DNA of 63,803 nt, the filler included, from Dicyema japonicum (taxonomy: Eukaryota > Animalia > Dicyemida), in NCBI GenBank assembly GCA_011109175.1. It is 6 parts of 6 records of this genome, joined end to end, with 100 filler letters (N's around TTAATTAATTAA, not from the genome) between each part and the next. Parts side by side here need not be neighbours in the genome. Positions count along the whole stretch, not along the records: positions 1 to 17,365 come from RDEW01000133.1; 5 more parts are not named here. The stretch is one strand, 5' to 3'. This document shows, piece by piece, positions 1-11,049 of the stretch; position 1 is the first letter of the stretch, and each line of letters begins with the position of its first letter. The notes beneath the pieces are model-generated. The model saw only the letters and a program-made list of their open reading frames with translations, was not told where the DNA came from and did not search any database. A program made the position numbers and the translations under genes.

Positions 1-3
1 CCC

Positions 4-255
4 TCAAGAGAGCCTATACCCCGTTACTGGTGGCATACCTTGGGAACCGACCACTGCTGCGTCGGCAAGAAAGCGGGTGAAGCCCTTTGCAGTCCACAAC
101 AGCACGGATGAGGCTGGCACAGGTCGACTCCGAGACGAAGGAAAGGCCAATTCGAAGGGCGTTTTCATTATATTCAAAAAGGGAACCAATTGAATATATG
201 CCTTCCAGTCGATCTCCGTCAAGACGTCTGGTATGTTTTTACCCCTCCACGTCAA
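4..255 (-). mobile_element. Possible hAT transposase remnant
   Basis: LTEIDWKAYIQLVPFLNIMKTPFEL loosely resembles the hAT L(S/T)xxEWxxLxxLxxxLxPF segment; similarity is weak. Confidence 0.25.
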
Positions 256-622
256 AGTTTATCATGTTAATGAGGGGACTTGCAGGACTGCGGAAGTGAG
301 AGTCTAATAACATGATGGCTCTTTTTTAACATTAGACTCGCGATCATTAGGCAGTATCTCTATTGCGTGCTCACTCCTGAAGGCCATAATGGAACTTTTT
401 TCCTAAAAATTGACTTTTATTTGTTTTTGTAATTTAAGGCAATAAAGTTTTATCATTTCAGAAATGTGATAGAAAATGTACGATGCTATGAGTTACCCAG
501 GGAGTCACCGGGCAATTACTAATACAGTCTATAGCCGCTTAACTTCTGTGATCGACGGAGTACAGCTGGTCACGGCTAAGTATGATCGTGGTAAAAATTC
601 TATAAAAACACTTAAATGAGAG

Positions 623-950
623 TTGGGTGGCGCAGTGTTACGATTGACGGCAAAAAACCTGATGGCCTCTAGCTCGAACGAATCTCGCTGTTCTACCATT
701 TGGCTGAAAGTTCCACGCATCTTCGATTTTTTGACTTGATGAGTGGCACCGTCATCAGTGAACATCTAATCCGGAACTAGATCGTTTACAAAAGTACTCA
801 CACCCAACAAAAAGAAAAAAGAAGTGAATCGCAATTCTTGGTTCTCCCTCATCTATCAGTTATGATATCTATTCTTCCCTCAAAATAAAGTGTGTGCCCA
901 TCCTGGAAGAAACAATAGCTAACATGCTTAGTCGTAAAGTGCATTATTTA
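623..950 (+). mobile_element. Diverged copy of the tRNA-derived SINE (older subfamily)
   Basis: Head TTGGGTGGCGCAGTG, core TGATGAGTGGCACCGTCATCAGTG, A-rich tract AAAAAGAAAAAAGAAGTGAA, TTCTTGGTTCT and AAATAAAGTGTGTG are colinear with the SINE at 47407-47720. Confidence 0.65.
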
Positions 951-1323
951 TTTAAAAATAGCATTTTGTAATCTTTTTTATGTCTAATCACTCTTTTCAC
1001 TATTTTTAAAATTGACAACAAACCATAAAGTAGCACAAAACTGGACGCTACCAGTGTTCAGTAAAATGTACGTGGTGTAACGCAATAATCGAAAACGAAT
1101 CAGTTCAATCTCGTATTTGTTCTATTAAAATGAAAGAGCAGAACAAGATGGAATCAATTATTTTTTTATAAAATCCTGTGATGTTGTACGGTGACCTCAG
1201 CGGAGGGTAGTTTCCAAGGTTGGGAACACTAACAAAAATATTTGCTTTCGAATTTTAACTAATAGCTTAATTTTAATCTTTTAGTAATTAAAATATAAAT
1301 ATTAATTTTATAAATTATTTATT

Positions 1324-1660
1324 GCAAGGTCCTCGTTATTCCTATAGTAGTGACGTGGGAAGGAATTGCAACAAAGTATCACAAGGGTTATCTGAAGCAG
1401 TTGGGGTAGATAGAAGTTCCAGGCCTATCTACAGTCCACTGTGTTAAAGCGGACCCTAGAGAGCCTGACACTGGAGTATAGGAGGCAGAGCCCTGAGATG
1501 CCATATGGGCAGAGGGTTCAATTGGACAAGGCGCTCTCGGAGTTGTTTCAGCAACCAGAATCGAACCTACCTGAGGAGGCTGGCGAACAGGCAGGCGAGG
1601 AAGGTTGTTGATTATTAAATATATTAACTTTTTTTATTTTTTGTTAAATAAAGTGGGATT
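1324..1660 (+). mobile_element. 5'-truncated 3' end of RLE-type non-LTR retrotransposon
   Basis: Near-identical inverted copy of 3880-4200 (KVLVIPIV...STVLKRTLESLTLEYRR plus 3' UTR GAGGAAGGTTGTTGATTA). Confidence 0.85.
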
Positions 1661-1719
1661 TTTAAATTATTTATTTAAAATCTTTAGTGCTTAAGACTCT
1701 GTCTAATTGGATCCCGTGA

Positions 1720-2730
1720 CCAGGATCTCTCTAAAAGCCTCAGAAAGAGTTCAAAAACAACTACACACGATACCCTGCTGAAGCGCTCTTGTTGTTAAGT
1801 TGACAACTATTGGAACCACTTGCTATGGTTTTTAACGAGCTAATATCGAGGAAAGGTACGAAAGAGACCCTTTCTATATGACCCTACAATCAGACAGTTA
1901 TCTGAAGACAAAAGAAAAGTCGTTTAAAGCTAGCTACGAAGTGTGTGACAAGTTGGCCTCCTTATGCTGAATCAAGAAGACAAAGCAAATCACATTGGCC
2001 GCTATCTCAGGACTTTATTCCAAGTTGGCAATGCAAGGATCAGTCAATTCATTAAAACACTGAAACCACTGTCTACCAGTATTACAAAAGAAGTGATCAG
2101 TGTATTTAATTGACTGAAAAATAACCTTTCGGTCAGCTACGAAGGCGTTCCTGGTGAGCTGTTAAAGTATGCCCCAGAATGCGTTGGAAGTTCAATCGCG
2201 GAAATTTTAAACAACTTAAACGGCACAGCCCCTTTCCCATAGGACACGGAGTACAATTACCACTGGACTGGAAAGAAAGAAGGATCATTAGAAATTCTCA
2301 GACCTATTATCTTATTGGCTACTGTTAGAAAAATAGTATCAATCATCGTCCTAAATCGTACAAAATACAGTGAAAGAATACCTGTCTCACAGTCAGAATG
2401 GCTTCATGCGAAGACGTTAACCATTGATGTTGTATGGAGCTGCGAGGAATTGATCTGAGCAAGGGGTTCGACAGCATCGACATGAAAAATGATGAACATA
2501 CTAACAAACATATTAAATGAGGACTGCCTGTGGCTAGTAAGATTCCTTCTTCAGAAAAAGAGCCAACTTTAAAAGTTGGCATGAAGCACTCTGAAATTTC
2601 TTTAATGACATTGGTACTCCACAAGGGGATTCTCTGTCCCCCGTTTTGTTTGCCGTATATTTGGAGGCGGGGCACAGTTATCATCACCTACCAAACTTAT
2701 ATACGCGGATGATGTGGACTTTGTATCCAC
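1720..2730 (+). mobile_element. Degenerate APE-type (RTE-like) LINE reverse transcriptase
   Basis: Broken RT motifs read across frames: VPGELLKYAP, LRPIILLATVRKIVSIIVLNR, DLSKGFDSID, GTPQGDSLSP, LIYADDVDF. Confidence 0.7.
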
Positions 2731-2769
2731 CAATAAGGACTGTGTTATTTTTTAATTTTATTTATTTAT

Positions 2770-3718
2770 TTTAATAACCCGGGAACACCGAGAAAGAAAG
2801 ACAAAAGAGTTAAACAGTTAGGTAATCCCAGTCCTCGCAATCACTTGTGCCATTCGACGTCTGTGATCTTCCATCGTCCCCACTACTTTCCGGAAGAGCC
2901 TTCTCTCGGTCTTGCAGAGGAATCCGATCGGGGAATTTCTTATCCAATCGGTTTTCTCTTGCCATGGAAGGATCAGGCGAAGCGGATTTCCATCTTCTTC
3001 ACAGACGCGAAGAAATCCGAGCCACGACTACGGATCTTAGCTTCCATGAGTAGTGGGTCGACTGTTGATCCAGTGAGCTCTTTAATCTGGTGATCACATC
3101 CAAGACTTGTCATATGTGAATAGTTCGTGGTAAGGTACCTTCTTCGGTTTACGGGCACGCACCTTAATGTCCAGGTGTTTCGAGAATGGTTTGAAGCTAA
3201 TTCCAGCGTAATGTTTCATAAGGGTGTTAAGATGTAGGTGGCATAAGTGTTCAGGAAAAGACTTTCCGGTTCCGTCTGCATCATCCAGCTCCGACTTACT
3301 TGTTTAAGAGTTTTCCAGAAATATCGGGATGTACTTTTCCTGTCGAGGTGGTTAACTGGATGCTGCCATCTTTTGTCTTTGTGATCTTTTATGCTCTGAC
3401 AGATCCTTTTATTCAGTTGTCTGAAGGCTGTCAAAGACTTCATGTCCGACAGATGGCATCTCTTCAGCCGGTCTCTTTGTTTTATAAGACTTATTGTATA
3501 AGAGCTGAGGGTAGAAATAAACTTCTTGTATGACTATATAGGAATAAAAATATGGTCAGCTTTCTGAATGGCAGCGCTGATAATTTCTGCGGCATCATCT
3601 ATACAGCGAATTGGGGAGGATAATCTCCGGCCAAAAATTTATCCACAAGGTTACTGAAACCAGACCAGTCAACCTTCGTATAATCCTTGAATCTTTTTGA
3701 TTCCGCCGGACCGTCTCC
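2770..3718 (-). mobile_element. Scrambled APE-RT LINE fragments with 3' tail
   Basis: Linker segment RWQHPVNHLDRKSTSRYFWKTLK, APE-like LGCDH, and a CT-rich 3' UTR ending in TAAA repeats like the LINE at 34340. Confidence 0.55.
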
Positions 3719-3879
3719 NNNNNNNNNNNNNNNNNNNNNNNNNNNNNNNNNNNNNNNNNNNNNNNNNNNNNNNNNNNNNNNNNNNNNNNNNNNNNNNNNN
3801 NNNNNNNNNNNNNNNNNNNNNNNNNNNNNNNNNNNNNNNNNNNNNNNNNNNNNNNNNNNAAAGCCCCACTTTATTTAAT

Positions 3880-5915
3880 AAACAATAAAAATTTAATATA
3901 TTTATTAATCAACAACCTTCCTCGCCTGCCTGTTCGCCAGCCTCCTCAGGCAGGTTCGATTCTGGTTGCTGAAACAACTCCGAGAGCGCTTTGTCTAATT
4001 GAACCCTCTGCCCATATGGCATCTCAGGGCTTTCCTCCTATACTCCAGTGTCAGGCTCTCTAGGGTCCGCTTTAACACAGTGGACTGTAGATAGGCCTGG
4101 AGCTTCCTATCTACCCCCAACTGCTTCAGATAACCCTTGTGGTAACTTTGTTGCAATTCCTTCCCACGTCTTACTATAGGAATAACGAGGACCTTGCAAC
4201 CAAGCATCTGCCCCATCTCGTTTGCAAGAAAGTCATACTTCCTTTTTTTCTCCACCTCCACAGTCTGCAAACGGTCTTGAGACGTGATGCCAACCTCTAT
4301 GATAAGGACTTGGCCAGACTCCTTATCGTGTACCACAATGTCCGGTTTATTGTGCTTGACTAGCACCGAGGTACGGATAACACTGTCTACCTTAATTTGG
4401 ACCCTGGTGTTCTCTACTACAGATTGCACCTTATGAGTCCGCAACTTTCTGGTGTGGCGAATACCATACTTATTGCATAGTAGAAGATGAAGACTCCTTA
4501 CTACCTCGTTGTGCCTCCACACATAGTCGTGGCAGAGCATGGATCCACATCGAGTGGCTAAATGATCAACCGACATGCTCCTTGACTTACAGTGGGGACA
4601 TGTATTTGTTGATCGACCCCAAAAAATATTGCGGTCTTGCATATACGTGTACAACGCCTCCGATCGAGGTGAGTTGTCACCGTATTTTAGCCATATTGTC
4701 GACGACTTAAGGTCGACATGTGGGTTGTCCAATGCTCTGAAGAGGACCTTATGAAGGCTTTTTAAGTTGATCTTTTCCATCAAATTATTATATTGTAATT
4801 CGATCAACGCCTTCACATTTACTAGCCCACCATCATCAACACCATACTTAGCAGACAAAAAAGGTCTGATAGTGCCTAGGTGGGTTGCCCGTGTTTTCTC
4901 GGTCGTTATTATGGCGTGCTTCCTAGCAGACACACTTGACCCAGCTATCAGGGTGTCGTGCATTCGCATTAGGATGCGCTCACTTAGTTGGACTACTCCA
5001 CACAGTCCACGGCCGAATTTATCACGGGGTAAATATAGTCTCTCCTTATTGGCTGCCAACACATGGACATGGTTCTCTCTGAGTACTCCACGGATCATAA
5101 CATCCATCTCATCATACTCTTTGGGCTCAAACTCCACAACACCTATGTAGTAGTTTAGCAGCGAGACAGCATACTCATTTAATGCTAGGAACAAATTCCT
5201 TGCATTTAGAGACGTCTTACACAATAACGCTGCTCTTTTACGGATGCCTTCAGTAATTTGTCGCTTTGTCTCAGGCATTATAAGGGACTTTGGAGATTCG
5301 GTAACACCCAGATACTTATATCCTTCGTGTTCCTCTAGGACTCTTACTAACTCGCTACATACTTGCGTGTTAGTCGCAGACTTTGAATAATTCAAATCTA
5401 GCCCTATACTCTCAAAGAATTCCCTGGCACAGACCCCCATGGAGTAGAGCTCCTCGGCTGTTCGAGCATACATCTTCAGGTCATCGATAAAAAGAAGGTG
5501 ATTTGTACTGAAACAGACCCCTTCACAATGAACTGGTATTTGCTCAAACCGGTCATTGAGGCGGCGACTCAATGGCTCCAAACAGAGAACAAAGAGTAGC
5601 GGAGACATGCTATCCCCTGAAGGATCCCCCTCTTGAGTTTTACCTCGCCTATCCGGTGCCTATTATAGTTCAGATGAATACTCCACCTATTCATCACAGC
5701 CACTACAAAGCTGATGAACCACACAGGCATACACAGACTGTGTAGGCACTCGACAAGGTAAGAATGATCAACTGAATCGTAAGCCTTCTTCACATCCACC
5801 CACATAGACAAAAGTGAGTTTCCGTGAGACACAGAAAGGCATTTGTTGATCAAAGCCTGCTCTTTTGCCCCCTGACAATTTCGCACAGTTACCAACTGAT
5901 TCTCGGAGAGAATCC
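3880..5915 (-). mobile_element. RLE-type (R4/Dong/R2-like) non-LTR retrotransposon, 5'-truncated, one frameshift
   Basis: RT motifs VDVKKAYDSVDH, RGILQG/DSMSPLLF (1-nt frameshift in a G run near 5615), HLLFIDDLKMY, YKYLG; CCHC knuckle CPHC...HLATRC; RHNEVV; restriction-like endonuclease KPDIVV...IIEVG...EKKRKY. ORFs 5569-5895 and 3995-5608. Confidence 0.95.
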
Positions 5916-6239
5916 CATTTGCATTTTTTATTAGATTATAAAAATAATTAAAATAATTAATTTATAAAATAATTTAAAAACAATAGGTGGAACATAAATA
6001 TTAGCAATGTTGACTTTTCCAATGACGGTTGGAATCGAGATACCTGTTATTTTTGTAATCTGGTGATAAATGCACTTTCAAGACGTTAAGGTTGCCTCGG
6101 AGAGATTACAATTACTTGTAAACTGCTTAATCTACTGGCTAAATGAAAAATAGTCCGTCGATCAGCCCGGAAAAATCGGTTACGTCTCTCCTTACTTCTG
6201 ATTAGTGAATATCCAACAGGACAGTGGATATAGAAGCAA

Positions 6240-6790
6240 ATGAAAGCAAGTCGCCATTCCAAAAATGGCAGAAGATCTGGGAGTAGTATTCGACACCCAT
6301 ATGACTTTCTCACGCCACGTGGGAAATTTTTTAAACAAATGTGAAAAGAACATGAACCTCTTGAAGGGGATTTCTGGTTTATAGAAGATCGGAAGTCATC
6401 CCCTTCTGAAATCACTATACAGCCAGTACGTCGAGCCATGCACATCATATGCATGTGCATCATGGTGCTCCTCAATTTCTTGGACGAATTTCCAGAGAAT
6501 TGCGGCAAACCCAAAAAAAGGACATTTTCCGTGGTAGAAAATTGATCAAAGGCGATCTAAATTCTACACATACCCCTTGGAAGACATAATAAGAAGAAAA
6601 GGAAGTCAAACTCAACAATACTAGAGGATCATTCGTTCACTGCGTGCTTGTGTTGGATCGAAGGAAGACCACCGGGTCAAGCTGAGAGCCTTATTGGAAT
6701 TCGCCGGGATCACATAATTTCTTGTTTTTGTCTTTAACTGTGGTCTTTGGAAATAAATTTCAATACAAATCCAAAGATTAAAAACAGGAA
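6240..6790 (+). mobile_element. Degenerate LINE RT thumb region and 3' UTR
   Basis: DLGVVFDTHMTFSRHVGNFLNKCEKNMNLLKGISG on the plus strand, followed by a T-rich tail with AATAAA. Confidence 0.6.
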
Positions 6791-6799
6791 CTGAGCCAA

Positions 6800-7040
6800 T
6801 ATCATGTGATATTACTGATTCAAGATGGAGGCTCTTTGGACACTTACTTTACCACGATATGGGGACCCTTGCCAACCAAGCAATGGATGAGTATTTTGTC
6901 TTAGAGGTTTCGCGCTTCCGCGGCCGACGAGGACAAAACTGCCGGTAATCCTAGATGAAGATCTCAGGAGGATTGGAAAGTGCCTTAAAGATGGGGGTGA
7001 TATGCTACGGAACATGGCAATGGATCGAAAAAAATGGGCG
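6800..7040 (+). mobile_element. Possible RTE-like LINE C-terminal remnant
   Basis: FRGRRGQ..LPVILDEDL and LRNMAMDRKKW resemble RTE C-termini (GRP...; xAQDRxxW). Confidence 0.4.
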
Positions 7041-8224
7041 ATGTTAATTAGATTGTTAACTTTTCGTGATCCACATACTTTGTCATGATCTTGGCATCGC
7101 GTGCCTATAATAATAGAATTGTAAGTGATCTTTTCTTTTCAGCAGTTTCTGATTGTCTTGAGTGATTATGAAATTTTCTTCTGGGATTGAAGAAGTGGCG
7201 TTTATATATATTTTTTCGATTAAACTTCGACATCAGATTTTTTTCTACGAAACACATAAATTTTGTTAACTGTGTCTGCTGTCATGGAAGTTGAACTAAA
7301 AAAGGACGTTTAGTGAAAAAAGTACATCTTAAAAATTGACATTCTGGTTGTGACAAAATACTCTCTGCTAAAAAAATCTTATCTACGGATCTTCTAGAGA
7401 AAGCCTTGGTTGGGTTAGATTCATTTTCCAAATTTTTGGTGAACTTGACCTCTTAAAACAAAATAGGGGTTGGAGATACTTAATGGGACGTACAGGTGTC
7501 ATTAGGTATAAGTTTGCTGCTTAATTGAGACTATCCTTCGATATAACTTATTTTAATCTCCCGAATGGATCGAAGCCGTTTTGGTAATTGTGAGTTCTTA
7601 TGAACGAGTTATCTGTTATTATTATGTTCGAGTGGTTCATTTGAATTGTCATTCTTACAGCATGTAATTGTATTCAATTTTCTTGAACGAGAACAAAATG
7701 GGACTATGTCCTCACTTTTCTGTAATACACAAACAAGACAGCAGAAAGATCATGGATAAGAATCTCCATAAATTCACAAGCATCTTATTGTCTCCATTTC
7801 TAAACTGACTGTTGACCGTGTTGAAGAGATACACATATGAGTGAGGCCATATCACAGCAATTAAAAAATTAGTAGAGATGGGTGGTGCCCATATCGTAGA
7901 CGAGCCGGATTTAGCAGGATGTTTTTTCGATAAAGAAACAGGGCGTGGTAGTTAATGATAAATTAAAAAGGGACACAGCTAAAATCTAGAGTAGGTTTAA
8001 CTATGGTACTAAGTCACTGAAGTTCTATAGGGATCAACAGAAATTTTAATGGAAAAGAGAATTTCTGTCTAATTGACAAAGCCGATAAAACTGCGGAGAC
8101 GTGTGAGGAGGAAAGTTACTGGTACAACGAATAGTGAAAAGCAAACACAAGTGGAACACGTAAGTGCATTTAACTAACCAATTAACTAATAAAATTGTTA
8201 AATATTAAAGTGTTAGCACAAATA

Positions 8225-9435
8225 ATTATTAGCGCGACGAAGACTGCTTAAATGCATCTTCCGCCTCCAAAGTCCACTCAGAGTCTCATATGACAACTCC
8301 ACTCCAGAAATCTTAGCTAAGCTTGGATCACTTGCTAGTCATATCGCGCGTGTCCCGGAGGCGATACTGCCATCCGACACTCCTGGTAACGACCCTCCGT
8401 GTTGACAAACGTCTTCGTATAGGCAGCACATGGCAAGACGACATCCGCGATCTCAGTCCCAAAATCCCATGCAACCTATATCAATAATAAAGTGTAACCT
8501 AAATACAACAACCACACAATCCTCGGCCTACTGATTTCTTTCGAATTCCTTCAGCTCCACAAAGTACCAAAATTTAAGCTTCTTCAGGTCTATTTGTCCT
8601 CCTTTGTACCCCAAATCCAGTGCTCCGACTTGGCTCGTTTTCTAACAGTCATTCTTCGACTTACCTGGTGGACTATGCTGAAGAGAGAAATCCCCGATGA
8701 CACCAGATTTGAGATCCTACGACATACGGAATACAGCTTCTTGGCCATTTCGACATCCTTTGAAGTGCCGATGATCCTAGCAGAATAACTGGATTTCTGG
8801 TTCGTTTAATTTTCAAGAAATAGTAAGCATATGCTAATCACTTGAAAATTTGTGGTTATCGGAGGCAATTTTATCCAGAACTGACACACTGTCTCCCAAA
8901 TACTAAAAAAATTTGAGGACTACATACCTCATAATCGTAGGTAGGGTAGAAAGACACGTGTGTGACCGTTTCGCTATCTTTGGTACAAGTGCATTAATAC
9001 CTTTTCTTATCCTGCAGTTGAGAAGGGGGACTCCAGGCGAGGATTAAATTTAACAATGAAGACCAGATCAGCATTTTCAATACTCTGAATTCACACATTG
9101 AGGCAATATGACTCACGAATGTCCGTTGAGAAAGGAAATGATTCTTCAGTAAATAGCTATCACAGTACAGTCTGCTGAAGAAGTCCTTTAGAACAGACAG
9201 CATCTTCAAATCCGCAAACCGGCAAGACAAAATAGCCATTTGGTCAGATTCGACAGATTTTTAACTGAAATATCACTTCACCAGTCATCCCTCGTTGATC
9301 TCCTATTGGTTTGATACAATGAATTAACCTCATTTAACCTCGGTAGAATTCTTTGAACGTGGTCTGACTTACTGCATGCAGTTATATTACTTCCAACTGC
9401 GTCAATTAAAATCAATACTCTCTACCCGTCTAAGG
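8225..9435 (-). pseudogene. NDUFS1: NADH:ubiquinone oxidoreductase 75 kDa subunit (complex I) pseudogene
   Basis: Colinear matches to human NDUFS1: DAVGSNI...QRILPRLNE|EINEG*; LSVLKDFFSRL; TEESFPFSTDIRESYCLN; IENADLVFIVKFNPRLE; PVILLGSSALQR; QVGALDLGYK; [39 protein letters not shown]. Stops TGA at 9285-9287 and TAG at 8335-8337 both replace conserved Trp; several frameshifts; micro-introns retained (9303-9328, 26 nt). Confidence 0.9.
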
Positions 9436-9976
9436 ATATATTGAAGAGTATAAGATGTGAACAATAATTATTATGAACCCAAAAACAATAATTAAAATTA
9501 AATTATGAATTTTCAAAAATAACGATAAATTAAAAATAGAAAAGCAAATTATAACATAAAATATTAAAATATAATAATATTTCGCGAGCGCTGAGAGTGA
9601 TCCATCACTGTTGATCATTGTCAAAAATAAAAATAATCTATTACATCAAAGTTAACTAAGGCCAATTATTAACAATAAACAAGTGATAATTAACTATTAT
9701 TTCAAGTCGTCTTGAATTTTTTTAGTCGTTGTGAATGAACTTTCTTAATAGACACAGAACTATCTTCGACTTTGACAAAATTATTAGACAATTTCTCGAC
9801 AATAGTTACTAAATCCCCATACGGATGTTCAAATTTTTTTAATCGAACAGAAGGATCGTCCCATAATTTTTTTGAATACGAACCTTTAAGTAATTAGAAA
9901 TGGAATACAATATCTCTAACATCTAACTCACATTTTGATCGATGCACTCCCATCTTCCTATTCATTTTCTATAATA

Positions 9977-10918
9977 CAGTGCAACCTCCATTTGGGCGGA
10001 CCTCCTCATTGGGGCACATTCATTTTTGGTATCTGATAATTCTATTGTTTAGGAGCAGTATCTATAATTAAACAAAATTATATGAACTTTATAAATAATG
10101 GGTCCGTACAATCAAATTGTCTTAGTCAAATTTCAGAGAAGAGACAGTCTGTCACAAAATTCGATAAAATTGTTTATGAATGCTTTTTTAAAGCAAGGGA
10201 AGAATTTATTCCCGTTTCAGGACCTATTCTTAAAAACATTGCTATAAAAGTAGCTAGGAATTGAACTATACCTCATTCAGAGGTTCGAATGGTTGGCTTG
10301 AAAAATTTAAGAAAAGAAACAATTTGTCATTTAAGACAATAAGTGGTGAAAAAAATTCGTGTGATATTTCTTGCCTTGGAATTTTTGATAAGTACGATGA
10401 CTATGGAAAGACATGACACAAATACACTCTGAATCAATTACTAATTGTTGGAAGAAAATTGATGCCGTTTTCAAACTCTCTCATTGGTGAATAATGAATT
10501 GGAGAGTTTAGATAACATAATTAAAAATATAATTACTGAAAATGAAGTAGAAAATGATGACGAAATATATACGACGGAGTAAAATGTAATCTATTCTCAT
10601 TTGGAAACAATAACAGCGATGAATACACTTGAAGAGAACATTTTCAATTTGTTTTCCTGAAGCTTTGAAAGATTACTATAATTTCAGGAAAATATTAGGA
10701 ATGCAAATAAAAAAATCCGCAACCGGATGGAACTTAACAGACTATTTTCCTATCGTTAAATAAATTTGTTTTTAATATTATAAAAAAACATTATTTATCT
10801 ATAAATTTATTAAAAAGCAAATTTAAATAGTTTAAACTGTGGATAAATCTAAAGAAAATGCGAACCTCCATTTTTGGGGCATTTTTTTTAAATAGGTGCC
10901 CAAATAGAGGTCATACTG
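9977..10918 (+). mobile_element. pogo/Tigger-like DNA transposon, internally deleted
   Basis: TA-flanked imperfect TIRs CAGTGCAACCTCCATTTGGGC / GCCCAAATAGAGGTCATACTG; CENP-B-type HTH remnant AREEFIPVSGPILK...SNGWLEKFKKRNNLSFKTISGE. Confidence 0.8.
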
Positions 10919-11049
10919 TATAAAGACTGCAAATTCACCTTTCAAAGTTAAACTGGTACTTATCATTTTACTAATAAATAACAATAAAAAACCTTTACTA
11001 TAAATGTCGGGATTTTATGCAAGCTAACTGGATACTGTGGGTTTTTTTG

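Noticed and set aside
9285-9287. Alternative genetic code (TGA/TAG read as Trp) to explain the NDUFS1 stops
   Set aside because: Neighbouring genes use TGG for Trp and TGA/TAA as stops, and NDUFS1 also has frameshifts and deletions.
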